The notes below the pieces were generated by a model. It ran no database searches and was not told the DNA's origin. It saw only the letters and a list, made by a program, of their open reading frames with translations. Both the position numbers and the translations under genes were made by a program. Positions 27,231 to 40,396 of a stretch of 64,000 bases of DNA are shown here, one piece after another. Within the stretch, counting starts at the first letter, position 1; each line of letters begins with the position of its first letter. The stretch lies in contig OX597814.1 of NCBI GenBank assembly GCA_951406725.2, positions 110,980,001 through 111,044,000 on the forward strand. Direction: 5' to 3'. Source of the DNA: Octopus vulgaris. Lineage: Eukaryota.

Positions 27231-27879
27231 ATAGACATAAACATAACCTCCTTCTAACCGATGATGAATTAAATATAAATACCACAAGGCATTTTGTTCG
27301 TCATTGTACTGATTTTTCCACATTTTCTTAAATTGGGTACAACACCAGACATTATGTGGGATGGAGATTTGATGGCATTGACACCAATATATGACTAAAG
27401 CATATGTTATTGATTGTGAAAGGAGAGAAGGCACAGATGACTTTGATAAAATCAACAACAGTCATAAGATAAAACAGAATATAAAAGAAACAATATGGCA
27501 ATTACTGTTAATATGGAACGAAAGAGTTTGTCTTCCTTTGGGAAAACATTGAAAGATTTAAAGAAATCATAGCTTATAAGTACTTCAATGTATCAATCAC
27601 TATATAGGATGAATGTAAAACAAAGAAATTAAAATGAGCTACAAAAAGTAATTCATTTGGGTTAATGGTATGAATTCAGATAAATACTTTAGGGAAGGAA
27701 ATATTGAGTGACATTCAAAATTTTAAATTAAATGGAATTTTCCTTTCAGTCAGAGAAAGAAAACACAAACTCAGCAGTATTTATTTATTAAGTTTCAAAG
27801 AAAAGGGGAGATATTTTCAAGAAATTAAGAATCAACTTTATACAATCAATTTACATGATTTTTGTTTGTAGAAAAAGTA

Positions 27880-27926
27880 ACAGCTATGGTCAGGTTTCAA
27901 TCTTATTGGACCTCATCAGAATAGTA
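27880..27926 (-). ncRNA. Degenerate minimal hammerhead ribozyme
   Basis: Minus strand: ctatt-CTGATGA-ggtc-caataa-gatt-GAAAC-ctgacc-atag. Core intact, stem III mutated. Confidence 0.45.
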
Positions 27927-28810
27927 TGATCTATTAAAGCCCGTTTTGATCAACTGACAATAAGCTTTTGCTGATTATAATTTTTATACTTAAAAAATCA
28001 AATGAGATAAGAGAAATTAACTCAAATGGTGCAATTTTGATAAATTAAGGGGTGAAATACTGAATACCTTCACAAAAGTAGAAATTTCTCTTTTAACTGG
28101 AGTAAGTAAGCAAAAAACTAACCATGTAAAGGGAAAAACTAACCATATAAAGAAAAAATTTGTGGGAATTAACAGAGAATTTTTTTTGCAAATGTTATTC
28201 AGTGCAATGAGCCTGAACTTATTTAATTAATATATGAAGTTGCAAGCTTAAGTATTACAGTTAAGTATTACACCAAAGAACAGAATGTAATGGTTCCTTC
28301 AATAAATGAACTTATAACCCATAGCTTAAGAAAAACATTGGAAACTTTTTTTCAAATTGCCTTTTATTCTTTATTACACCTACACATAATTTTAGATGTT
28401 GTTTTAAATGGTTATGGCATTTTCATTGTCTTTTAACCCTAAATTCTATTTAAACACGTATACAAATAAAAATAAACACCACATTCATGCAAAATCTATT
28501 GAATTATCTAGAGTAAACTGTAACCACAATGTCATTCAATAGTGAACAAGTTTTTTTACCAGTAAGATTTTATGAATGAGTTGAAACAACTGCATATGTG
28601 AATAGTTGAACAAAGAGGAAGTTAAAAAATCATACTAAATAGCAGGCCAGAAAAATAAACCAATAAAAATATTTTGTATGTTCAAGTAATTTTTTACATT
28701 CAAAAGATATAGCTTATAACAGTGAAAGATCAGAGACAGCAAATATATTCTGTTAAAGAAAAGACTTAAGTAATTCAATGAATTGGGTAAGAAACAGTAG
28801 TAAAGTTTTT

Positions 28811-29217
28811 GAAGGCGACGAACTGGCAGAAATGTTAGCACGCTAGGCGAAATGCTTAGTGGTATTTCGTCTGCCGTTATGTTCTGAGTTCAAATTCCGC
28901 CGAGGTCGACTTTGCCTTTCATCCTTTCGGGGTTGATAAATTAAGTACCAGTTACGCACTGGGGTCGACTTAATCCGTCTGTCTGTCCTTGTTTGTCTCC
29001 TCTGTGTTTAGCCCCCTGTGGGTAGTAAAGAAATAGGTATTTTGTCTGCCGTTACGTTCTGAGTTCAAATTCCGCCAAGGTTGACTTTGCCTTTCATCCT
29101 TTCAGGATCAATAAATTAAGTACCAGTTATGCACTGGGGTCGATGTAATCGACTTAATCCCTTTGTCTGTCCTTGTTTGTCCCCTCTATGTCTAGCCCCT
29201 TGTGGGCAATAAAGAAA
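28811..29217 (+). mobile_element. Young dimeric SINE type B with a 20-bp TSD
   Basis: Body repeated twice, CpGs intact; TSD taagaaacagtagtaaagtt on both sides. Confidence 0.9.
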
Positions 29218-30174
29218 TAAGAAACAGTAGTAAAGTTGTTCAGAGTGGTTTGAAGAAATTCAGTATATTTCAGTTCACTGTGTCTACAATGAGTTGTTCT
29301 ATGTATAAAATGTACAGTAATAATTCATGACAATAGAATGGTCAAAGGTAGGAACCTTCAGCATATAAGGAGAAAGGTTTTGTTGCTTGTACAATATAAA
29401 TTTAATTTATAGAGCTCAAACAGAAACTGAGAATTAATGATGCCCAAAAAATACAATGGTGTAATATTACATCAAAAGATGAAAGAGACTAGAAAAACAA
29501 AGAGTTGTGATTGATGAGAGGAGTAGCAGCTGTTACAGAAATAGCCTAAAGAATACTTAGAGCAAACTCATTGATGCTAATATAACACTTTGATTTCTTC
29601 TTTAAGTACTAACATAATGGATTTAACTCTGGGAGGTAAGAATAAATATTTCAGAAAAAGTTAACTGAAATGGCATATCTTTTATTGTGCCCCACCCCCA
29701 CCCCAGTTTTACAAAAGTTGTTACTTTTCTTGTCTATTGATCACATCAATCTAAGTCCATGCTAAAACGAGTGTCTTAAAATATGGGAAAGCTTTAACAA
29801 ACAGCTTCAATATTACCTTGCCTTGTGATACTAGATTAGTCATATATGTTCTGTAGTTTTAGTTCAAAAAACAATTTAACGAGGAAATAAAACATTTGAA
29901 GTTGAAACACAGAACACAAGACAAACAGCCTTGTCAGGCAGTAAGTCATATGCTGTGACAGGCAGGAATCATTCCTTACCACAGTAAAACAATGAAAGCT
30001 AACCTGGTATGAACATGTATACTGACATGGCTCCCTGTCCAAAGCCATTCCCCAGGGCACAGTTACAGAAAGACAAAGAATATTTTGCTCTAACAAGGAC
30101 TGGAGAAGTTTCAATACTTCAGCCATTCTGCATATGATGGAGGGCAGGGGCTTCCAGAGTGTGTAGAATAGCAC

Positions 30175-30462
30175 TCCAATAATTGGCTGTGCCAGTACTC
30201 CCTAACTGGCTCCCATGCTGGTGGTATGTAAAAAGCACTATCTGAACATGATTGATGCCAGGAGTACCTGACTGGCTCCGGTGCTAGTGGCAAGTTAAAA
30301 GCACCCACTATACTCTCAGTGGTTGGCATTAAGAAGGGTATCCAGCAGTAGAAACTGCCAGAGCAGATTGGAGCCTGCTGCAGCCACTGGTTCTCCAGAC
30401 CTCAGTCAAACCGTCCAACCTGTGCCAGCATAGAAAACGGACATTAGACTATGATGATGATA
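30175..30462 (+). mobile_element. RTE LINE 3' end fragment
   Basis: Repeat units plus (GAT)n tail, into which the next element inserted. Confidence 0.8.
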
Positions 30463-30648
30463 CATCATTTACATTTGATGTATGTTTGTCCTCATCTTTG
30501 TTGTTAACACATTTCAGCTGATATACCCTCCAGCCTTCATCAGGTGTCTTGGGGGAAATTTCAAACCTGGCTTCTCATTCCTAAGGTATTTTTCAATGTT
30601 GTTGTTATTGTTGTTATTATTATTATTGAGTGAGAGAGCAGTGCATGC

Positions 30649-30686
<38 letters not shown>

Positions 30687-30791
30687 GTAGTAGTAGTAGT
30701 AGTAGTAGTAGTATTCAGGTCACTGCTTGGAATTGAATTTGGAATCTTGGGGTTAGTAGCCCACGCTCTTAACCACTATACCATATGACCA
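30463..30791 (-). mobile_element. tRNA-headed short retroelement with a triplet microsatellite and a hammerhead-like 3' module
   Basis: Minus strand: A box tggtatagtgg, anticodon arm ggg-ctactaa-ccc, B-box-like aattcaattcc, (TAC/TAA/CAA)n, then acac-CTGATGA-a-ggctg..cagct-GAAA-t-gtgt. TSD tatgatgatgata at 30450-30462 and 30792-30804. Confidence 0.7.
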
Positions 30792-33700
30792 TATGATGAT
30801 GATAATGAGGAAGGTAATATGTGGATGAAAGATTAAAAATAAAATATAACTATTTAAAAAGCAAACTAAAAATTTCATTCACCATTGGAGGGCCATGAAT
30901 TTTAGCAATTTTCATCCAATGTATCTCAATTAGATTCAATCATGGCATTTCAGATATGCAATGCATCTCTCATATTAAACAATACAACACACACCTCTGT
31001 TAATCAATGTTTAGCGGGCAGTAAACTTTATCTAATTTACTACTAAGGCTACTTTAATAAATGATGAAGATTTGATGATAAATACAGCTGATGTAGAAAA
31101 AACCAAATTTAGTTAGTATAAGTCATCTGTGATTCTTTAAGATATATTTTAGTTGATGATAACAGAACAGGCTTTGGGTTTAAAGAAGTAATTATGCTGT
31201 TGGTATTTCAATTTATGATGTTTTTTGTTCACTTGGATCAGGTCAGTAAACTACAGCCTGCATGTCAAACCAGCATGTGGCCTAATTTCATCTGCTCTGC
31301 CAGCTTTACTGACAATGAGACATTGCAATCAAAATTCTTTGTTTCCCTTATCTATTCTACAGTGAACAAACAATTATATTCAGAATTGAAAAATAAAGTA
31401 AAAGACTCTGTTTTGTAGTGACCTCAAATGAATATGGCACAAAAAAAACAAAATGATTCTTTTATTTGTAAAGTGGTGGTGGTAAAAAGACGAAAGTTTC
31501 TCCAGGTGCAATATACCAAGCAGTAAATGCTTTCACCTTATGAAAAGAATAAAGCAAGAGTAAATATTTTCACCTTTCCAAATGAATGGAGCAACAGAGG
31601 TAAACTATGTCTCCTATGCTGTCACATTATAACATACAAGAATAATCAATTGTAATAAAGAGAGGAATAACAAAAAAGTTTACTTGTCTCTTAAGGAAAG
31701 CATATAAACTGCCTGGTACCACATTTAGCCTGAAGTTACACTTGTTCCCTTTCAGTCTAACTGAAAATGTTGTAACTTTGCTACATGCTGTCTCATAGCT
31801 GACACTTACTGACTATACTAAACATGAGGCATTTCCTTCATTACAGTGACATTTAAAACATTAAAAAAAAAAAAAAAAAAAGGTGCTGCTTTTAATCTCG
31901 TGTGATCAGGGTTGCATTTTTTGTTTTTATTTGCTTTGGCCTGCAAACATAAAAACATATCCAATCCAGTCCACCTCCAAAACAGTTTGCCAACCTGGAG
32001 CTTGGATGTGAAAGGTAAGGATTTAGGAAATGGTGTAAATGTGTTGCTGTTTGTGAAATTATATAAAGTGCACAGATTAAAGCCAACAAGCCTTTCACAC
32101 ATCTCTGACTTGTGTTACTTAAGTTTCGAAATATTTGTGATCACCAAGTGCAGTATGTGTTTAGTCTACCACAATACAGGAAGCATTTCTTTAAATACAT
32201 TTGTAGTTAGTGTTATTGTTATATGTGGAAGATAAGCTGAGAACCTAGGCAGAACAAGCACAATTCATAATGGACTTGATATAATCTTTATAAATCAATA
32301 CAGTTTCCTTTCAATGACTGAATACTGTGCTAATGAATGTTCTTGAAATATTTATTCTGGTTATTTTGTTTCAGTTGTTATGATATCTGTATTTTAAATG
32401 GCTACACTGGTGCATTTTATGACCAAACATTTTAGTCTTTTGGGACATGAATGAATGTAATATTGGCAAGAGTGTTACAGTGCAAGATTATATTTTAATT
32501 AACTAAATTTATAACCAAAGTGAAAATGGAAAACACATCATAATTTTAATTCTGGTCAAGAAATGTAAGGGAAAAATCTTCGAATTTAAATTAAAATCAA
32601 GGATAGAATACAGTAGGGAGTGAGTCTGATGTTTGGCAGTTTGGTGACAGCTCCAGATAGGTTTTGGTCTCCTTTGACTTCAGTGTTGTCAGCTATACTA
32701 TTCTGATTTTGATCCCCCATTACATTGTAGATAATAGCTGTAAAATGAAATTATGAATATTGGCATATCATATCATGATCAACATTTTAAAGCTGGCTTT
32801 CCCATGTCTGCACAGCTTGAATGAAGTATGAAACAGATTTTCTATGGCCAGATGCCCTTCTTGTTTCCAAGCAAAGTAATATTACTCCATAGCCAGATAT
32901 ATTTTCATGGAATATCGGTAATGAAAGTGACTGCTAGTATGACGGAGACACTCATTGAGAACTATCATGCCCTGTCAAGACAAGGTCATACACACACATT
33001 GTGTGTGTATGAGAAAATAGAATACACAGGAAACTATATTGCTCACAATGATTGTTTCGACACATCCTGCATCCATCCCTCACAAGTGGGAAACTGTACA
33101 ACTAGTTGTATTCCATTTTCTATCTATCATTTGTTGCATACTCAACATACACTGAGGAATTCCTGAGGTAGATCCACCAACAATTGTTTAATTACCATAG
33201 ATGGTGCAGCCTTCTGGCTCGCCAGTCCTCAATCAAACCATCAAACCCATGCCAGCATGGAAAGCGAACATTAAACGACGATGATGATGACATCAAGTAG
33301 CCATAAGCAGTGTACCTGCTTTATCAGTATACTACTAGGAACATACCCAACATGTGTGTGTGTGTGCATATACTTACATATATGATGGATTTCTTTCAGT
33401 TTCTGTTCACCAAATCCGTTCACAAAGTTTTGCTCAGCCCAAGACTATGATAGAAGAAACTTGCACAAGTGCCATTGGCCTCAAAACCATGTAGTTGGGA
33501 AGCTTCTTAACCACATAGCCACACCTGCATCAACATGTGTGTATGTGAAATACCAACACATCTATCGTGTGTGTGTGTGTTTTGAAGAGAGTAGTCAATA
33601 ACACAGACCCTCGTAATATCCTGAGAGCTAGCTGGTTAGCTATCAGTTGTATAAAGTGTGTTTCCTTAGTTAAACAAAAAACAAGAAATAGAGTGGAATG

Positions 33701-33879
33701 CTCTACTGCAGTTAAAGATATGGTTTGACGAATGTTTCCTTGTTTTATAGGTTGAGTAACATTAGAGAATAGTATAATAGGGGATTGAAAAGGTCAGAAG
33801 CTATGTTAGATGTGAAGGTTGAATATATAGGTTTTTTTCAATTTTTTTCTTTGAATAAATTTTTGGTTTTTCTATTATT

Positions 33880-34035
33880 TAGCACCTTACAAGATATGTG
33901 GACATATTACACACACCCTAATTTCAGCAATGAATATCCAGGTAAACGTTTTTAGTGCAGTAAAGTATGTATTATAGGCTGCACTTTGCATATAGGACTC
34001 AAGGTGATTTTTTTGACAAAAAAAGTGCATTTTAT
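33880..34035. mobile_element. Degraded Tc2/pogo-type MITE
   Basis: End gtgcattttatatgctgcaaaatatgg resembles the reverse complement of CCGTATTTT..CGTATAA-type TIRs. Confidence 0.35.
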
Positions 34036-34074
34036 ATGCTGCAAAATATGGCACTATATTTTATCCATTTAGAG

Positions 34075-34650
34075 CAGTGGTTCTCAACCAGGATTCAGAT
34101 GGCCTTAGGGAACCCATATAAGATTTTATTGTTAAAATGTATCTGCAATAAATTACTTATACATCTACAATACACAAAATATTAAAATTTTTTTTATAGG
34201 CACAGGTATGACTGTGTGGTAGGAAGCTTGCTTTCCAATCACATGGTTCTGGGTTCAGTTCCAGTGTGGAACCTTGGGCAAGTGTTTTCTGCCAAAGCTT
34301 CAGGCCAAGTAAAGCCTTGTGAGTTAATTTGGTAGATGGAAACTGAAAGAAACCCATCATATATATGTATATATGTGTGTGTGTGTTTTGTTCCCCCTAC
34401 TCCCACTTGACAACCAGTGTTGGTGTGTTTATATCCCCTTAACCTAGTGGTTCAGCAAAAGAGACCAATAGAATAAGTACCAGACTTAAAAATGTCCTGG
34501 GGTTGATCTGTTCAACTAAAACCCTTCAAGGGGGTACTCCAGCATGGCTACAGTCAAATGACAGAAACAAGTAAAAGATAGAAGATATACTGAATGGCTA
34601 TGGAGGTCCAGTGGAGTAAGATAGGAATCAAAGGGGTTGATAGGCAAAAG
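34075..34650. mobile_element. hAT MITE remnant interrupted by SINE type A (34198-34585, plus)
   Basis: TIR cagtggttctcaacc at 34075; full SINE A nested inside. Confidence 0.65.
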
Positions 34651-34899
34651 ACAGTAGAGTTTTGTCTAGCTTAAGCACCAATGTAATCTAATCTGTAGTT
34701 TCCAATGGTAATTCGCTGTATTAGTAAGAATAGCTAATTATGTTTGTTAGAGTTTCCCATTTGCCATTTTAAATGTTTTAAACGTGATATTGCAGGGATC
34801 TAAAGCACATGAAGTGCTTAGATGTTGTTTCTTTTATTTATCTTAGCTGGGGATGGCTTCTGTTTAGTCCTAGCCCAGCCTTGACAAACTACTTGGCCC

Positions 34900-35700
34900 T
34901 TTTAATTGTGTTTATAATGTCAATGTTTTCTTGATGTGGTTTGAGATAATATATAGTAGTTGCTTGTATGTATATGGTATGGTACTATAATCACGCAGTA
35001 TGGTATCGTGAATGAGAGAGAGAGAGTGTGTGTGTGTGTGTGTGCATGCGTGAGAGAGAGAGAGAGAGTTTGATAAACAGTTATAGCTGTTATTAAAGTT
35101 GTATTTACATTGACAACCAATAACAGCTATAAAACTCTGTAGATGGAAGCTTCCTGGAGACGCAGCTTTCAGCATGGTTTGAGGAGTTACAACTTTTATG
35201 AGAAAGTAATAATAAATGTACTCGGTGAAGGGAACAACGGCACTTTTTACACTGTCCATTAAGGGCTGATAAGCGAGGGAGTGGAAGAGGGTGGAGGAGA
35301 AAGAGAGGGATGCAGAATGGAGAGGAGTTGAATGGGGAGGCAATATGAGTGAAAGAGGGAAGTAGTGTAGGATACAGGGAGGGGAGAAGAGAAAGGATTT
35401 ACAGAGTCACAGTCATAAGAGGAAGGTAGTCAACAGAGATTATGAAACAGAGAGAGGGAGAGAGAGAAAAGGAATCTGACAGGGAAACATTGTTTGCCCA
35501 CTATATGTAGGGGGATGGGAGGTAACGATGCGATTAACTTTTAAGATGACAAGTGTTACAAAAAGCAATAATTATGAACTTTGAAATAAGTAGCAAGCAA
35601 GTTAAAAAAATGACCCATTATCTTTTTGCTTTGTCTCTGAAGAGTGGAATGCAGTCATATGAATGCTATCACAAACGTCCATATGTTCGAGAAAATAATA
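34900..35700 (+). mobile_element. Probable Penelope-like element remnants with two hammerhead-like cores
   Basis: aact-CTGTAGA-tggaagc..gctttca...gagtt near 35135-35190 and CTGAAGA-gtg..cac-AAAC-GTC near 35637-35680, joined by a purine-rich spacer. Confidence 0.4.
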
Positions 35701-35885
35701 AACTGAGTAAATAAATAATCTAAATGAAAAATTAATTAAAAAAATAGGATTTAAACACTGGAAGATTTATTGCTTGGTTGAACATTTAAATAAATGCACA
35801 AGTCACATACACAGCAAAAGACCCCAAAAATAAAAATAAAAAACATTGTAATTCTTATATACTTATAGACTACAAGTAAAGAAAT

Positions 35886-36150
35886 AGGTGCAGGTGTGGT
35901 AAGAAGCTTCCTTTCCAACTACATGGTCCCAGGTTCAGTCCCACTGTGTGGTACCTTGAGCAAGTGTCTTTTACTATAGCATCAGGTTGACTAAAGCTTT
36001 GAAAGTGGATTTGTTAGATGAAAACTGAAAGAATCCATTGTATATGTTTATAGATATAATATGTGTATATGTGCATCTGTGTTTGTTCCTCATCATCATA
36101 TGACAACCAGTGTTGGTTTGTTTACATCCTTGAAAGTGGTTTGGCAAAAA
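35886..36150 (+). mobile_element. SINE type A, 3'-truncated
   Basis: Head and body match. Confidence 0.75.
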
Positions 36151-37332
36151 AGCCACAACACAAATATATGTGAATCAGAATTGGGCCCCTAGACCCGTGG
36201 AGCCCCTGGGCAACTTACAGTGGCCTCTGCTCCATGGAGCTGGCTGTCCTCATATTACCTCCATTCAGGCAGTCTGAACTTGTCACTCCACATTTCATTC
36301 CCCAAGCATGTACTAACTACTGTAAACCACACCTTCCATACCCAGTACCTGTTTTATCTTCTCACATTCCTCACACTAAATACTTAATATTGTTTGTTTT
36401 TTCTCTGATATTTCCAGTGTGTCCACACTCAGTAAAAAATACTCTGTCCACTCTTAAAACTGCATCATTCTGAAACTCCAATCTCATCAACATTAAATAT
36501 AGCTTACAAATATTCAAATTGAAAATTGAAAACACTAACCTAGTTATCCCTTTAAGATTTTATAGGCTATTATTCTCATATATTAATAAAATACATAAAA
36601 AGATAAACACGTGATTAATAATGAATGTAACCAGGGAAAATAATTTCTTTTCTTTTCATTAAATATATGATTAACAAAATATAGATAATTATAACTGAGC
36701 CATTTAAAATATAATTCATGGTCAAGTGTGATGTGAGATAATGAGGAAGCCTCTATATAGGTTGCCTGACCTGCTAGATTTAGCAGCCAAATCTCCCTTC
36801 TCACTCAAAAAGGGAAGGACACAATAATATAATCTTAGACATAGTATAACTGAATGCTTTGATCACAGCTGGAGCATCTTTGAACATAGGTTGCAGGTAT
36901 TGACTTGCATATAATCAAGCTAGGTATTTGCTACATCAATGTCACTTGACAGGGAGGACCTACTGAAGTTGTAGTCACTGACCCTCTTACCCTTCACTAA
37001 TACACTGAAAAAAAAAAAAGTATTCTGACAGTTTCATTTATATTCTTACAACCCTTCTCCACCATGTTTCTTAAATCACAATGTATGGAGTAGGTCAGCC
37101 TCTGTGTGTGAATAAATAATAAAATAAAAATTGGATGCCATCTTTGCACAGTCTTACAAGTTAGACTAGACTTCCTTTTTAATCATAAACAATATTTTAA
37201 CGTTTTTGTATTATTCTGTCTTTTGGCTCAGAATATTCTCATCTCAAGATATTTAGAGTACTTCATAGACATATATTCACACATCTATACAACTTTTATT
37301 GCACTTTTCAATTTCAGCATATTCTATATATA

Positions 37333-37483
37333 TAGGAGTGACTGTGTGGTAAGTAGCTTGCTTATGAACCACATGGTTCCGGGTTCAGTCCCACTGCATG
37401 GCACCTTGGGCAAGTGCCTTCTACTATGGCCTTGGGCCAAACAAAAACTTGTGAGTGGATTTGGTAGACAGAAACTGAATATA

Positions 37484-37528
<45 letters not shown>

Positions 37529-37782
37529 GTGCGTGTGTGTGTGTGTGTATATATATGTGTGTGTGTGTGTGTGTATATATATGTATGTATGTGTGTGTAT
37601 GTGTTTGTCACACCCCCCAACATCACTTGACAACCAATGCTAGTGTGTTCAGCAAAAGAGATTGATAGAATAAGTACTAGGCTTACAAAGAATAAGTCCT
37701 AGGGTTGATGTGCTCAACTAAAGTGGTACTCCAGCATGGCCAGAGTCAAATGACTGAAACAAGTAAAAGAGTAAAAGAAAAG
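37333..37782 (+). mobile_element. SINE type A with expanded compound (GT)/(AT) microsatellite
   Basis: Head ggagtgactgtgtggtaagtagc, tail gactgaaacaagtaaaagagtaaaag. Confidence 0.9.
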
Positions 37783-37783
37783 A

Positions 37784-37818
<35 letters not shown>

Positions 37819-37883
37819 TAGTAATGATATGACAACAAAAGAATGAATGAGACCTCGATATTATGTAAATAGAGGAATTCATC

Positions 37884-38048
37884 TGTAATATAATATGTGA
37901 CAATTATTCGGTTGCCATAATAAAACTGAGTTTCGGATGTCAGGGCGGAAATCTGCTCCAGCATCTCGTCAAGATGAGATGCCTGCAAGATTTCCACCCT
38001 GACATCTGAAACTCGGAGTTTTATTATGGCAACCGAATAATTGGCACA

Positions 38049-38060
<12 letters not shown>
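37884..38060. repeat. Near-perfect palindrome of about 177 bp
   Basis: tgtaatataatatgtgacaattattcggttgccataataaaac...gcatctcgtc-aa-gatgagatgc...gttttattatggcaaccgaataattggcacatattatattaca. Confidence 0.9.
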
Positions 38061-38122
<62 letters not shown>

Positions 38123-38683
38123 GAGAGAGAGACAGACAGACATCATCATCACCATTTACAATCAGTTTTCCATGCTGGCATGGGTTGGACAGTTTAACTG
38201 AGGACTGGCAAGCCAGTAGGCTGCACCAGGCTCTAATCTGATCTGGTAAAATTTCTACATCTGGATGCCCTTCGTAATGCCAACTACTCTGAGTGGGTAC
38301 TTTTTACATGCCATTTATATATATATAAATATAAAGCAAGACATTCCCAACCTTATTGGTTTTAAAAACAAAATAAATTAAGTCTACCTACATTTTTCCA
38401 AACCCTCCTATATTAATATTATATATTCAGTTTATGCTTACTATTCCATATTCCAAGTATTAATCTGTGTATAAATAGAAGTAATTAAAATGGTTGGCAT
38501 CAGAAAGGGCATCTAATACCAAAACACTTCTCTAAACTCATACCAGCATGAAGAAGAAATTATGAAAACAACAATGATGATATTGAAAACAACAATGATG
38601 ATATTGATAACCTGAATATAGCAACAGACCATTTTGATATCATCTACTATCATAATACCACCCGATAATTAGACGTATAACAC

Positions 38684-38720
<37 letters not shown>

Positions 38721-38725
38721 GTGTC

Positions 38726-38770
<45 letters not shown>

Positions 38771-38958
38771 TTTTATTCTTTTACTTGTTTCAGTCATTTG
38801 ACTGCGGCCATGCTGGAGTACCACCTTTTAGTCAAACAAATCGACCTCAGTACTTATTCTTTTTAAACCTAGTACTTATTCTATTGTTCTCTTATGCTGA
38901 ACCGCTAAATTACGGGGACATAAACACACCAGCACTGCTTGTCAAGTGATGGTCGTTG

Positions 38959-39038
38959 ACTCTTGAAGAGATTGCAAGAAGCAACAAAAATTTTCGAAAA
39001 AGTGAATAAGTAATTGAATGTAAATCGAACCGGTGAGT
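38959..39038 (+). ncRNA. Degenerate minimal type I hammerhead ribozyme (Penelope-type)
   Basis: Stem I actc/gagt, core TTGAAGA (CUGANGA variant), stem II gatt/aatc, GAAC (one A missing), palindromic stem III accggt. Confidence 0.5.
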
Positions 39039-40337
39039 GTGTTAATTAATAAGGCATTAAAACAGAATGACTCTGCCCTCGACACAATAAAATATGCTTC
39101 AACACACAAACTCGCATAAAGAATCTTACAAACCAAATACAAAAACGAAATATATGTACGAGTGTTCTATAATATAAACTTGGAGTATATTTTTTTGTTA
39201 TGAAGAAAAAAACCTCAGAGGAAATGTTTAGCTTAAGTTCTCTTTAATTTCTAATACATATTTTTTACACTTTTTGTTAGTTGTGAGCTGTTTCGTAACC
39301 AGGAACCTAAACAGCAGTATAAAATTAGACATCATAGGGGAGATAACTCTTAAGACCTTAACATGCAACAGAAAGGAGAATGTGAGAGTAATTAAATCGG
39401 TTTCAGTCGGTTGTCTTTAGGTATATATTAGGTAGAAATCAGGAATTCTTTCTAGTAAAATATTATATAAACCAATTGTAATAGAATGGTAATCAATAGA
39501 ATAGATAATTATATGTATTAAAAAAATATATAAATTTCAACAAACTGATATTTCTAATAATTTTTGAAGAGTTAAGTCAGTTATTTTAAATATAAATACA
39601 ATTGACAACTTTTGTATTTTTTCCCAATAAATATATTTAACAGATTATAGATATTTACATTTTAGCCACACTCATGTATGAATATTTACATGTTAGCCAC
39701 ACACAAGTGAAAAACAAATGAGATCTATGAGAAAATAGTATTTGTACAAGATAACAACAGTAAACTCCCACTGGGACCAAAGGATTGCCAAGTAAATGAA
39801 TCTTTTGGATATCTGATCATCACTTTAAATTAGTTTAGCACATTACGAAACTCATTAAGACTATATATATATAAATGGGATAATTATCCCCTTATACAGC
39901 ACAACTAATTAGCATTCTAATAGAGCTATCTACTCAATATTTCAAAACATCAGAATACTCCACAGCATACATAGGTGCATTCATATACACAAGATATAAT
40001 GCAAAGATATATAGATATATATATCAATACATAAATGTACTTGCGAGGTTGTATGTCTGTATTAAAATCAATGAGGATATTAAAATATGTGGATGGTGAA
40101 TGTACAGCAGTAATCCAAACAGATGAGAAATTTGGTATGATTTTAAAATGAATCTTGAGCAGGTGCAGAGTTTGATGGCCATTTTGAGAAGATATAGGTT
40201 GGTACGGGTGAGTTAATTCCAACTATAACAATCATCTATATTTCTCTCATCAGAGTTAATCTAAAGGATTTATAAAAAAAGTTATCTAAACCTTAAAGTT
40301 TTACCCTGTGTGTGTGTGTGTGTGTATGTAAGCAAAG

Positions 40338-40396
<59 letters not shown>

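Noticed and set aside
30004-30127. Minus-strand AG...GT bounded open segment (MAEVLKLLQ...CSYQ)
   Set aside because: No homology; such segments arise by chance at this length.
37223-37665. Overlapping ORFs rich in C/V/Y/I or T/H
   Set aside because: SINE A plus a dinucleotide microsatellite.
38562-38607. Short tandem duplications of about 20 bp (also near 6661-6710 and 28114-28155)
   Set aside because: Ordinary slippage-type duplications with no further structure.
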